DNA from: Perkinsus olseni
Taxonomy: Eukaryota
Direction of reading: 5' to 3'
DNA: 46,899 nt
Assembly (NCBI GenBank): GCA_013115125.1
Contig: JABANN010000255.1
Span: 1 to 46,899 of the forward strand
This document shows, piece after piece, positions 23,293 through 36,964 of the stretch. The notes beneath the pieces were generated by a model, which had not been told where the DNA came from, did not search any database, and saw only the letters and a list, made by a program, of their open reading frames with translations. The translations under genes and the position numbers were made by a program. How positions within the stretch are numbered: the stretch's first letter is position 1; the number at the start of each line of letters is the position of its first letter.

Positions 23293-24354
23293 ATGCCCCG
23301 CTCAACCGCGGCTCTTCTGGCTGGGCTCCAGATTAAGACGGCGAGGACCTCGCCGCCCATGGAGATGCTTAGCTCAATATGGGAGTATCTTTCGTGTTTG
23401 GTTCGGGTGCCGACTCTCTCCGCTGCATCAATCTCGGCTATTAAGACTAAGATCAAGGTCCTCACGGAACGGGAGAGCTCGCCGGCGGATTTGGTGGCCT
23501 GTGATGGGGTGGGGTATTTAAAGTCCGGAGACGACTCACAGATTTTCGCCGTCAAGGAAGGCTGTGACTCGCTCCGGAGTCTAGGTGGATCCGTGTTTAA
23601 TGTACAACTTGCCGGGATCGAACCCGGGTCTGATGTGCTGTATACCTTCCGATGGAATCCTGGTAAGAGGGCCATGGAACTCCGTCGTGACACTGCGCTC
23701 GGCGATGGACAGTTATCGGGTGTTTCTTGCTGGTCTGCTGAAGGGTTGCTCCAATCGAAGCCGCTGCTCGCCGTTTCTGAGGGGAGTCTTTTCGTGGCCA
23801 ACTGCATCACTAAGGGGCCGGACGTCCTCAGTTCTATCGATATCCGACCATCTGGGCGAGAGGGAGAGGACGGTGAATGGTTCAAGATCTTTGCGCCCAG
23901 GCCTAGCGAGCTCATCGGAGCTATGTCTGTGCATGCGTGCAAAGATACTTCTCGGCTTCTCTGTGCTATGGAACATAGCATCTGGACCACCGACCTATCG
24001 CCTCATAGTCTTCGTCACGGCACCGAGGTTGTCTGGACCTGCCTTACAGACTTACCTGAATTTCATCGTGTACATCAACTTATCGGTCTTACTGAAAACG
24101 TTGTTATTGGTCTGGTCTCGTACTCGGAAGATGCTTCTTCGCCCGCGCGCGCTGTGGTTACCATCGATCTTGTCAACGGCGAACTGAGAGAAGTGGTCAG
24201 GATAGAGGAAGAGTCTGTGCGGGTGTTCTTGACGAGAGATCGTCTGTGGATGGCCTCGACGAGCGAAGAGAGCGGGGATCCTAGAGTCGAAACAGTAGAT
24301 TTGGAATGGACGCTAGACAACGTTTGCTCTCCACTGGATGTGTCGGTATCATAA
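23293..24354 (+). CDS. Intronless hypothetical protein; weak F-box-like N-terminus, beta-rich remainder
   Basis: Uninterrupted ORF of 353 codons from ATG 23293. PPMEMLSSIWEYL is reminiscent of the F-box LPxEI motif. Confidence 0.65.
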   Translation: MPRSTAALLAGLQIKTARTSPPMEMLSSIWEYLSCLVRVPTLSAASISAIKTKIKVLTERESSPADLVACDGVGYLKSGDDSQIFAVKEGCDSLRSLGGSVFNVQLAGIEPGSDVLYTFRWNPGKRAMELRRDTALGDGQLSGVSCWSAEGLLQSKPLLAVSEGSLFVANCITKGPDVLSSIDIRPSGREGEDGEWFKIFAPRPSELIGAMSVHACKDTSRLLCAMEHSIWTTDLSPHSLRHGTEVVWTCLTDLPEFHRVHQLIGLTENVVIGLVSYSEDASSPARAVVTIDLVNGELREVVRIEEESVRVFLTRDRLWMASTSEESGDPRVETVDLEWTLDNVCSPLDVSVS

Positions 24355-25658
24355 GGGGTACCCCCTCATTTTTAGTCGGTAGATGCCGTTTTTCTACGGA
24401 CAGTATGCGTCTGTACTTACAAGCTGGCGACGTAGCCGTTCCCCAGGAACTGAAAATTTGATCGTCTTATTCCCTTTGCTCACTGTACTACGATTGACAA
24501 TTTCTTTTCTGCTATAATCATTAATTCCGAAAAGAAGCTACAGCTACCTCAATTCGCTTCATGACATTTGTTGTGTTTGACACTAGTTGCAGGAATAGCA
24601 AGTTGATAGACGACCATGGCAATGGAGATTAACGAGTTGGCCATGTCGTCAGAAAACCCTCGCCGGAGTAGTGGCTACAGAAACTCATCGGCGACGGTCG
24701 CATAACAGTCGTTGAGTTTATCTTCATTTCGATTACGACTGCGTTCTGCCTGGCAGATACAAACTGCAATTGCATGGCCTTCTTCAAGGATCGTTGAACC
24801 TTACATGCTCTACTCTTCCCGCCTGGTATAGGACCTTGCATGGTTTATGAGTAGAAGATTTGATACGTGCATCCCATCTCCTGGGGCAAGAACCATGGTC
24901 GGTCTCTTTCATTGAAACGAAGGGCACCAGCCATTTATGACTCTCAAGCTCTATGTTATTTTGAAAGCGTGTTCGTTCAGTCGACTATTGATGAGAAATA
25001 GTCCATGCACGAATGCCCACTTTTCGAAGGGTTTTACACTATGCTTGCAGGATGGTGGGACAATTCAATTCTCTCATCATCTGTCCTATTGACACCCGAC
25101 TGGTAGTTATCGCGCGGGCCTGTGAACTACAGAGCGATACTCATAAGTTCACATCAACTTGAGTAACTCAACGCTCCAAAGTACTCTGATAATACGAATA
25201 ACGGCAGGAACACTTCAGTACAAGTGCAATTATAGAGAGAGGAAAAAGTGTTGCTTATGACACAGTCATCTCTTTCACGCAATATAATAGACTAAGACCT
25301 CTTGAAAAGGAGGTGTAAACTCAGTGACAGAGTCACGAAAGTTTACTGAGAGATCTTAACGAGAGTTGTTCGGAGAATATAAAAAGAGTTACTAATCTTT
25401 ACATTAAACTGTGTACTTCCCGGAGGGCAATTACGGTAATACCGATGATACTAGACAGGAAGATAGCGAGTTATTCAGTCAACAGTAGAGACAGATCAGT
25501 GAAGGAAATAGTCGGGCAGTCTTACTGTTTATACAAATGACTGCGTCGTGACGATACTGGCATGGGTCGGTCCCAGATAAAAATGATCAACAAGCAGGGA
25601 GCAGCACACTCCGTGGAGGCAAAGGACGATAACAGTATATTTTAAAGAGCAGCACAGC

Positions 25659-27236
25659 TTAGGCTTCCGTTGCTTCGGACTTCTCGGCATGCTCACGCTC
25701 AACCTTATTGAAGTAAGGTAGGAAAAGGAGACAGCCGATCGCTCCAGCAACACAAATACCAGCTAGAAGCATAAAGTAGTAGTCGTAGTGAGAACCAGTG
25801 TACATGACCGACTCGGGGTAGTCATCAGGATCGAAATCAGGCATCCACGGAGCACAGATTTGGAAGACCACTCCAGCCAAGAGATTAGCGAAAGAGAAGA
25901 AGAGCAAGTTGAGAGCCGATGACACCGCCTTGAGTTGACTTGGAGAGTAGGTGAAGGCTATCTCGTACGAGGTTGAGATGAGGAAGATCTCACCGGTGGC
26001 GATGAGGAAGAATTGCGGCACCTGCCACCATACCGAAACGGTATAGAGAGGACGATCCATTATCGAGTACTCGACACCCAAAGCACAGAGCAAGGCGAAG
26101 CAGCCCAGCATGGAGCCGATACACATCCTTAGAAGAGCGGAAGGCATCTTGTTGTGCTTTCGAAGGAACTTGTAGAGGAGACCATCAATCCATAATGAGT
26201 TGATAATGATGGATATGCTATCGACATTTTGCATCATTGAGGCGGGAATCTGCCAACCAAAGGTATCACGATTCATCTTCTCGGCTTGTGTAAGGAAGGC
26301 TGTGGTCATTTGAGCATAAGCGATCATGAAAGGGATGACCAAGGCAAAGAGCGGAATAAGCCGGAAGATTGACTTGGCATCCTCGATGAACTGATCTTCA
26401 AATCGACCACCTTTGCTCTTCTTGCACTTCTCTAGAGAGCAGTGAACAGCGGCGTCTCCAATAACCTCGATAACCCTGATAACAGCAGACCCTTGTGGCC
26501 TTGGCTTCACAAATCTGCCCATGATTCCACCAATAAGGAAGAACGTTGTGGCAATGACAAATGCGAAGAAGGGCACCAGGTAGGCCACGAAGAAAGATAC
26601 CTTCTCGACAAGGATTGGGGTAACGAGGCCGCCTACCAGACCACCGAGGTTAATAGAAGCATAGAAGTAGGTGAAGAACCTTGTAATTTGAGCTTTGTGG
26701 AGAACAGGATGGAACTGTTGGGCACCCATAACATTAACACAGCTCTTGATTCCACCGCTTCCGAACGTGATAAGCACCATTAGGGACATGTGGACCATCC
26801 AAGGTTCAGATATGCTTTCAACTGAAGCCAGGCATAGTAGAGCGAGTCCTATTGTGTAGACCACAGAGAAGGCCAGAATGGTATTGTAGACACCCAATAG
26901 AGTATCGGCTAAGACAGCTGCAACCAGCGGCGTGACGTAAATAACAGCCTGGAAAGCTGATATATAAGTATTAGCAGCCGTATCGTTGTAACCGAGGAAC
27001 TCCTTCAAGAACGTCTGCAAATTCGGCGTTATACCGTAGAATGCTAGACGTTCACAAAGCTCCTGTACGAGAACGAAGATAGTAGCCTGCATCATGGGGT
27101 GCTCGTAGTAGTGATAGACATTGCCAGAAGCATCAGTCCAGGTTAGAGGCTTCTTGCTATCAACAACCGGTGAACTGTCTTGCTTCACGAGCTCCTCCAC
27201 ACCAGAATTAGATTTGAGCTCGGATGACTTCGTCAT
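25659..27236 (-). CDS. Proton-dependent oligopeptide transporter (POT/PTR family, MFS)
   Basis: 525-aa intronless ORF with ELCERLAFYG (ExxER motif), GSGGIKSCVNVMGAQQF and FFTYFYASINLGG (PTR2 motif), plus multiple TM segments. Confidence 0.95.
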   Translation of the reverse strand: MTKSSELKSNSGVEELVKQDSSPVVDSKKPLTWTDASGNVYHYYEHPMMQATIFVLVQELCERLAFYGITPNLQTFLKEFLGYNDTAANTYISAFQAVIYVTPLVAAVLADTLLGVYNTILAFSVVYTIGLALLCLASVESISEPWMVHMSLMVLITFGSGGIKSCVNVMGAQQFHPVLHKAQITRFFTYFYASINLGGLVGGLVTPILVEKVSFFVAYLVPFFAFVIATTFFLIGGIMGRFVKPRPQGSAVIRVIEVIGDAAVHCSLEKCKKSKGGRFEDQFIEDAKSIFRLIPLFALVIPFMIAYAQMTTAFLTQAEKMNRDTFGWQIPASMMQNVDSISIIINSLWIDGLLYKFLRKHNKMPSALLRMCIGSMLGCFALLCALGVEYSIMDRPLYTVSVWWQVPQFFLIATGEIFLISTSYEIAFTYSPSQLKAVSSALNLLFFSFANLLAGVVFQICAPWMPDFDPDDYPESVMYTGSHYDYYFMLLAGICVAGAIGCLLFLPYFNKVEREHAEKSEATEA

Positions 27237-27739
27237 CTTTGAAATAAAGTCTTAAAATAAGATACGTTACAACACTAACAGTTCAGTGAGGTACATTTAC
27301 AGTGAACAGCGCTAGAGTAAGGTCATAGCGTCACTGACACAGAGCCTGTCCCATAAGGATCGGTGACAAGCCCCACTCGAGGGGGAGGAACCTGATCCGT
27401 TCTCGAGTGAGTATCGCCTCAAGTGCTTATCATTGATGAATGATGTGGACATCTCGTATCGGGTTGCTAGACGGGACGACGGGGGAATTCTCAACGGGGA
27501 AGCAGCACACAAATCTGTCCCTTAGAGTGGACGATGCCCTGCTCGTAGCTCTAGCTCAAGTCGTCCATGCGGGAGTCGGTCGTCCGTGGCTCGTGCCTAG
27601 GCGTATTCGACTATAGAATCTCCTGGCCTGCTGGGCCCCCAGGAGGCACATATTCGCCGGATGGAACGTGTTGTCGTAGCGAACATAGCCAATCATTGTG
27701 CAGGTTTGGATTCGGTTGAGTGGGATCTATCACTGTATA

Positions 27740-29341
27740 ATGCTTTTCCGAAGATCTCGAAGTTCATCAGGGTCCGCAGATCCACGGAAGCCTCTTGCCT
27801 GGACGGACCCTTCCGGCAACACGTATCATTACTTTGAGCACCCCTTCTTCAATGCCACTATCTTTGTCCTCTCGATGGAAATGTGTGAGCGATTGGCGTT
27901 CACGGGTCTGTTGCCAAACTTGAAGAACTTTCTCAACGAGTTTCTCGACTACGACGACAGTACCGCCTACTCGTATATAAGCGACTTTCAGGCCATCATG
28001 TATTTTACCCCTCTTATCGGAGCCGCCATAGCGGATACTCTACTGGGGTTGTACAAAACTATCATAATTTTCGCCGCTATATATATGCTTGGCTTGTTGT
28101 TCGTGGTCCTTGCCGCGGTACCGTCTATATCTCAGCCTTGGATGGTGCATTTGGGTTTGATGACGCTCATTGGCCTAGGCAGTGGCGGAATCAAAAGTTG
28201 CGTCAATGTTATGGGAGCGCAACAATTTCATCCTGAACTACACAAGTCGGATATCACCAGATATTATACGTACTTCTATGCTTCTATACAGATAGGCTCT
28301 ATCATTGGTGGTATTGTTACGCCCTTGATGGTTGAGGGCGTCTCTTACTTCGCTGCTTTCTGTGTTCCCTTGGCAGCGTTCGTCGTTGGGTTTGCGATCT
28401 TCCTATTTGCAAGCTTTACGAACCGTTATGTGAAGCCGAAGCCGCAGGGCTCTGCTGTGGTCCAGGTTGCTAAAGTGATTGGTTCTGCCTGCATGAAATG
28501 CTCCTTAGAAAAGTGTAAGAAGTCTCGTGGTGGCAAGTACGAGGACAGTTTCATTGAGGATGCGAAGATGCTTTTTCGTCTCGTCCCGCTATTCTGCTTG
28601 ATCATCCCATTCATGATTGCTTACCAACAGATGACAACAGCGTGGGTCACTCAGGGTTCGAAAATGAACCGTGATACATTCGGTTGGGATATACCCGTAC
28701 CGTTGATGCAGAACGTCGACCCTATCGCTGTTGCGCTGACCTCTGTCGTTGTCGATGGGGCCCTCTATCCCAATCTTCGTCGATGGGGTATCATGCCATC
28801 CCCTCTGGTCCGATGTGCTATCGGCTCATTCTCTGGCGCGGTGGCACTAGTGTGCTCTTTGATCGTGGAGTATGTCGTGATGGCTCACCCGGTCTTCACT
28901 ATATCCATTTGGTGGCAGGTCTTGCAATATTGGTTCATCGCCGTGGGTGAGATTTTCCTAGTGTCTACTTCTTACGAGATCGCTTTCACGAATTCACCGT
29001 CGTCTTTGAAGGCTGTCGCCTCAGCTGTCAATCTGCTTTTCTTCTCCATCGCTGGACTCATCTCCGGCGCATTGTTCAATGCATGCTCGTCTTGGATGCC
29101 GACTTTCGACCCATCTGATCCCACCGAAGACAGTGTGAAGGGTGCTCACTACGATTACTTCTTCATACTACTAGCAGTTATCTCAGGAATTGGTGGCATC
29201 TGTGCTCTGGCTATGATACCGTACTATAATAAGGTGTCAAGAGAAAACCAGGCCCATCTCGAGGAGGAAGCGGTGTTGTCCAAGAGTAGCGACCTGAGCC
29301 TCAAGGAGCATGCGGAGAAGGCAGAGTCTTCCGAAGTGTGA
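27740..29341 (+). CDS. Proton-dependent oligopeptide transporter (POT/PTR family), divergent paralogue
   Basis: Intronless ORF from ATG 27740 with EMCERLAFTG, GSGGIKSCVNVMGAQQF and YYTYFYASIQIGS. Colinear with the neighbouring copy. Confidence 0.95.
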   Translation: MLFRRSRSSSGSADPRKPLAWTDPSGNTYHYFEHPFFNATIFVLSMEMCERLAFTGLLPNLKNFLNEFLDYDDSTAYSYISDFQAIMYFTPLIGAAIADTLLGLYKTIIIFAAIYMLGLLFVVLAAVPSISQPWMVHLGLMTLIGLGSGGIKSCVNVMGAQQFHPELHKSDITRYYTYFYASIQIGSIIGGIVTPLMVEGVSYFAAFCVPLAAFVVGFAIFLFASFTNRYVKPKPQGSAVVQVAKVIGSACMKCSLEKCKKSRGGKYEDSFIEDAKMLFRLVPLFCLIIPFMIAYQQMTTAWVTQGSKMNRDTFGWDIPVPLMQNVDPIAVALTSVVVDGALYPNLRRWGIMPSPLVRCAIGSFSGAVALVCSLIVEYVVMAHPVFTISIWWQVLQYWFIAVGEIFLVSTSYEIAFTNSPSSLKAVASAVNLLFFSIAGLISGALFNACSSWMPTFDPSDPTEDSVKGAHYDYFFILLAVISGIGGICALAMIPYYNKVSRENQAHLEEEAVLSKSSDLSLKEHAEKAESSEV

Positions 29342-30349
29342 AAAGAATCGTGAAAACATTTGAATTTCGACATCTTATATTTGCTTATCCTCAGTGTACC
29401 CTTTAGTATCCTCTTCACTCATCTCTACTGTTCCCTACGCGCCATTTTCTCAACTTCTCGTGATCTAATCAGCTTCCCTGGCTGATATATTGGTAGTCAG
29501 CCCCGGCGAGCTTGTCTGGGGGTGCGTGAGTGTTCAAGATGTGGAGCAAAGTTTGGCCCATAGTCATGTTAAATATATGACCTCGACTGATTATAGAACT
29601 TGGTTATATTCCAACTGTACAACTATGCCTTCGTCTCGTTCGGTATACTTGTCTATCAAACGCCCTTTACCTTACCTCTTATTGTCTTCTTTCTCATCTA
29701 CCATTCTGGTTACTTTTACTCGGAAATGATAGCGTTGCGTTCTACAGCGTTACGGAGCAACAGCCCGAAAATTATGAGCGGAGCTAGTCGGGTGACAACC
29801 CTAATATAACGACCCAACCCCGTGTAACTCACTAAGAATGGCAGGCCGGGATCTGCACGCAGTTAAAGTTCGCCAGAAAGTACCCTCTAAGTTGATGGGA
29901 CCTGATGCGACGTACATCCCGCGATTGCATACACGTGATAGCAATATAAATGATCATTCATTCGCGCGCTTTTCAACTCAACGACAGTCGACTTGTTTGA
30001 AATAGCAACTGTTTTGGAATAGCATGCCATTTGACATCACATGATCACCGATGTATACGAAAAGAACGAATTTTAACCAAAACAGAAAAGAGTGAGCGAT
30101 GGTCATCTTCTCTACTCTTGCCTTTGGATGGCGATGAGGGATTGACGAGACAAGATGATACGAACGAATAGCGAATGGGCGATTTGAAAGAGTCGATAAT
30201 AAAGTTTATATGATGAATGGGCGAATAACAACCGGGGAGAGATATACTTGAACGGCTGATTATGTACTGAATAATATGACACTACTTTAGGGTCGAGAAC
30301 TACTGAGTGAACTTTACAGTTTAATGAAAAACTCGATTGCCGAGGACGG

Positions 30350-32481
30350 CTAAGAACAACCGTTACTCAGGCACTGGTGCATATCATCGGGAATCATCGA
30401 ATACGGCAAGAAATCATAATGATAGATCCCCTGTGAATTATGGGCGAGTTTGCCCTTGATGATACGAAGGAATTCGTTGAATGGAGCGGCATCCCACGAG
30501 CCAAACTCGTGGTTATAACCGCACTTACCAGAGTTGAGAGGGTAGACACATTGGTCACCCTGGAATTGCATCGACCACATAAGGTGGGCGCGGCTCTGAT
30601 GCTCAACATAAGCAGCTTGAACGACTTTGTCGACAGCCTCGTTGACCACGTAGTTAACCATCTTGCTCGGCATGTTCTCATACAGCAAGAATCGCGAATC
30701 AGCCGTTTGACTGATATATGCAGTCGGACGGAAGAAGTCATACCTGACGAGTCCGAACTTTGGAACACCACAGAAGATTTGGCTTACATTTCCAGATAGA
30801 AGTGGCTGATCCAGGGCCACTCTTCGAACCTCCCCACTTGATCGAATCCGATGGCGACACCAACTTCGAAATTCGTTCCGTCTTTGAAATCTGCTTCACC
30901 TTGGGGATCCCAGAACAAATCATACTCCGTTGGAACGTGCTTCATCTCTTCGTAGTCGACAGTAATCTAGTGAGCAAGCCGGGAAAAGTGAGATACGCAG
31001 ACGCCGGCTTACCCCCGAGAACTTGATAGACGATAGTTTCGCGTTGTACTCGTTCAAGAGATGGAAAACGCCGGACATAACTTTGCCTTTTGTTGGTGCG
31101 ATGCTCAGCCATCCCTCTCTCGAGACCTCATCGAATACGTAAGGAAGCATGAATATCTCGCCTGACAATCAGCTCACTCCTACATGCTAGACCCGGAAAT
31201 AAACCTTACGAACGCTCGTTCCGCCGAGCTTAGTGAGCAGCTCCGTGTACAAGACGCTCTTGGTAACATCGCCATCTGGGTACCTTAAGGAGCCCCCACC
31301 AATGAAATCATTAAATGGAAATGCCAGAAACTCTGAGCGAGGAGCTGATATTGGTATTATACTCACCATAGCCTATCGCTGGATGAGACACCCGGAGGGA
31401 ACTGAGGATGTAACACTCGAAGGATCAGCTTAGTGACTCTCATGTAGGCACAGTTCGTGGTCAAGAGCCGGAGCAGCCGCCGATAGTAACTAATCAACAG
31501 CGTTCCGACAGCAGAGATACCCCTGAGCACCCAAGGAACCGACTGGCCAGTAGGATTTCCCGATAGCGCTGAGGCCCGGGGGGACTTACTCAGTCCACTG
31601 CACCTTAGTGTAGAGCCCAGACGGCCATTCGGTCCACCAAAATACGTCCTCTTCTCCAGCAGGAGCTGCCCCAGCACAACCAGGGCGCGAGTTGGGGGCC
31701 GCACCTATGCATGGTCGAGCAACGGTAGATAGGATACACGATTGACGAAATGGTACCTTGTGTAGGAGCAGTTGTAGTCCGCATGATATTCTTCGTAGTG
31801 GCTGCACCAGTCCCTGGAGCCGATGGCGCAGAAGGGTTGTAATAACCTACCAGCATCCAACAGATACAACGCGCAACGTTCAACAATGCCAGGCGACTCA
31901 CCTGTTGTGCATTCTTGATTCGGTCGACATAGCTGACCACCATGCTTGCATGTAGGCGGGGAGAGGAACAGCTTGCAGTAGGAGACAACGTCAGGATTCA
32001 GTTCTTGACAATAATTGTCGCAGCCAGTCAAAGCACCCGACCCTTGCACTTGTGCTTCAGGGGGACCTTTTCAGGATATATGGAGAGTGCGAAATGACAA
32101 GTAAGGCTACCTCCAGCCGGCTCGTCAGCTGGGGAGGAGAACGGGGCAGTAGCAGGCGCCGAGCTTTGTACAGCACCTGTAATCGGAAGTAGGAGACACG
32201 ACTGCTAATGAATCCACCAACTCACAATCGACGCGAGGCTGGCAGGGAGAAGTTGACGGTAGGCCGCCTCGGCAGTAGTACTGCTCGTTGTGGTAACGGC
32301 AATAGGAGTCAGCTCCCAAGAGCTCACGACAGTAACTGCCAAGGGCATGGTTCAAGTGCATGGCGCATGCGAGAAAGGACATCTGCTATGCGTCGACTTA
32401 CTCGTGGCATTGATCGGCGACTTCGACTGTTGCGAAGGACCGAACGACGACCACAAGCGAAGAGAATAGCCCAAAACGCAT
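30350..32481 (-). CDS. Secreted modular protein: signal peptide, two Cys-rich modules, Thr/Pro linker, uncharacterised globular C-terminal domain
   Basis: Signal MRFGLFSSLVVVVRSFA at ATG 32481. Modules SYCRELLGADSYCRYHNEQYYCRGG and CDNYCQELNPDVVSYCKLFLSPPTCKHGG, linker APGTGAATTKNIMRTTTAPTQ, then VFWWTEWP...RVTKLILRV...YHYDFLPYSMIP. GT-AG junctions lie between the ORF pieces. Confidence 0.7.
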
Positions 32482-32599
32482 CTTGAATGGCAAAGGAATA
32501 TTGAACTGGGAAGGCACATGAGCGATCGTAGCCAGCAGCTCTGGGCGTAGTAACGAGGGAATTGACAGCGCGACAAAGTGGCAAGTCGGAGGAAGTGTA

Positions 32600-33450
32600 A
32601 CTGGCTAAACACCAACTTCTCTGAGTATCATGTCCATGAGCTCCTCCTCATCCGCAGAAAGCAGGGAGGCTCTGTTGGTAGTTACCAACGGCGGACGTTC
32701 TCGGACAGCAGTACTGGCTGGACCTGGGGCGCAAACGGTATCATCATGCCCATCTCGGATCGGAGGGTGCCGGCGTACTCGCTAACTCGGCGACTATATA
32801 GTCATCGCACGAGGGTTCTAGTATCCGGTCACCATCATCGATGTCAACGGTGGTGTCCTCCGGACTCTGATGCTCGGAAAGCGGCAAGATTCTGAAAAGC
32901 ATAGGTGAAAGAAAAAACAAGGCGATAGGTGTAAAGGCATGCAAACGCTACCCTCGACTTACTCGGCAGATGGGCCCGAGGCTTCTGATAAGTCAGCAGA
33001 GTTGGAGGCTAGCCTGAGACTGACAAGTACGAAATAAGCGGTGGACGACAGTCTCGTGCCTTGAACTCGCGAAGTCAGCGAAGTCCGAGGTCTCACAACA
33101 CGTGCTGTTGACCCCACGAAGTGGATCAATATCTCCATAGTCTGGGTCTTCCCACTGCGAGTTAGAAGTTCCCAATTCGGCAAGACGGCTTGTCGTCACA
33201 TGATCAGAGTGAAAATCGTCGGAACGTGCAATATCCGAAATCTCGCGGCTGCGCACCTGACCGCGCAGAAATGAAACGGAAAGATACCCCAAGATACGCC
33301 AACTAACATTCTTCTCTACAAAGTATTTAAGGCTGCAGACCCCACCTCGGCGTGCCCCTCGACTCTCTCGTGCTCGAGTCCGCCTCGACTGTCATGCCGT
33401 AATCCGCTTCGTCGGCCTAATAGCAGCGAGCCAGCGGACCCCATCGTGCC
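32600..33450 (-). CDS. Possible hypothetical spliced gene
   Basis: Acidic coding-like fragments (WEDPDYGDIDPL; PEDTTVDIDDGDRILEPSCDDY) flanked by splice-like sites. No recognisable domain. Confidence 0.3.
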
Positions 33451-34202
33451 ATACCGAGGCGAACCTTCAACGTGCGCTTTTCGTGCACTTGCAAGAACGC
33501 ATCTTCCGGATCTTGGCTTCAATTGGGGATTGCGTGCGTGAGGTCGCACGTCGGGCTACACATTAAGCTTTGTCCAGTGTGTGCACCGAAGTCGTAATGA
33601 TTAGATCCCAAAGAACGGCTTAGTGTTCGGCGCTCTGTTGATCGCTGGGGATTATTGTCACTCTTTGCAGGACTTATTGTCTCACACAGTGTGAGTGACA
33701 CTCCTATCAATTGTCTGCCTTCGGCAAGCTATCATATGATATTTGATGAAACTAGCCGCAATGATGATCAAGGGTCCCAAAGGGATTGTGATTCTGAAGG
33801 TGGGCCCGTATACGAAGGCTCTACGCGTTCCCCACCGCGTGGCATGGTCGTTCACTCGTTCAGTAGTTGTGAGCGCTTCGTGTTTTTCAGCCGAAGTGGC
33901 TTCATCACTTGGCTTCTCTCCTTCTTCTGCGAGCGTCGTAGGAAGGCCGATAATCGAGAACAAACCGAAGGTGACTTGGACTGAGAAAGCCGAACTTCAG
34001 CTGCAGGAGCAGTTTTTGTTCGAGACCAGTATTGTCCGTTGTTGTATACGTATCGCAGCCCTGGTGATCGGCGTTGAACCATAAACTCACACACGCGCAG
34101 CGCTGGTTCTCCCAACGCTTCCGTTGCGTACTGAACTTCCTTTTGTCTTGGGTTAGACGCTACGGGTGTCTAGGTCGTATCATTGTATTGTCTTCCTTTA
34201 CA

Positions 34203-36446
<2,244 letters not shown>

Positions 36447-36964
36447 TTCTCCTCGTACAGTACATCTATACCACCATTCTCTCATGCTGACTGTTAGAGT
36501 TTACTGATTATTAGCCTATATCTCAATTGTCTTGAAGACCACCCCCGTGAATCGGGATGATAGTAATCTATTGAACGACAAGATCCTCTTTTATTTGATG
36601 CTGTGCTGCCAAGATGTCAGGCCGGCTCCTTGCATTTATGGAATCGGTAGACCAGTCGGGTTTCTACCCGTTCTGCTATCTAGAATTAGTGAGTAGTACG
36701 AGTTGTTAAAGCGTGATGAACATGAAAGTTGTCTGATGAGTTTTTCCGCTTTTGTGTTGACTGGGAGTGGCGACCACCAAATGAAGTTCTGTTGTGCAAA
36801 TAACACATGTGTAAGAACTTCATCCGAATAAACTCGGAGCGCTAGTGCTGTTCACAGTCGGGCTGGTCAGTTCCTGCGATGGGGTGGACTCTGGGAGAAT
36901 CAAGAATTCACCCCCTCTTGGGAATTGGCTGAGAGTAATGGCCTGGATCAACAGTTTTTTGGTC

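Noticed and set aside
24400-25600. Possible pseudogene or element in the AT-rich spacer
   Set aside because: No motif, repeat or terminal structure could be supported.
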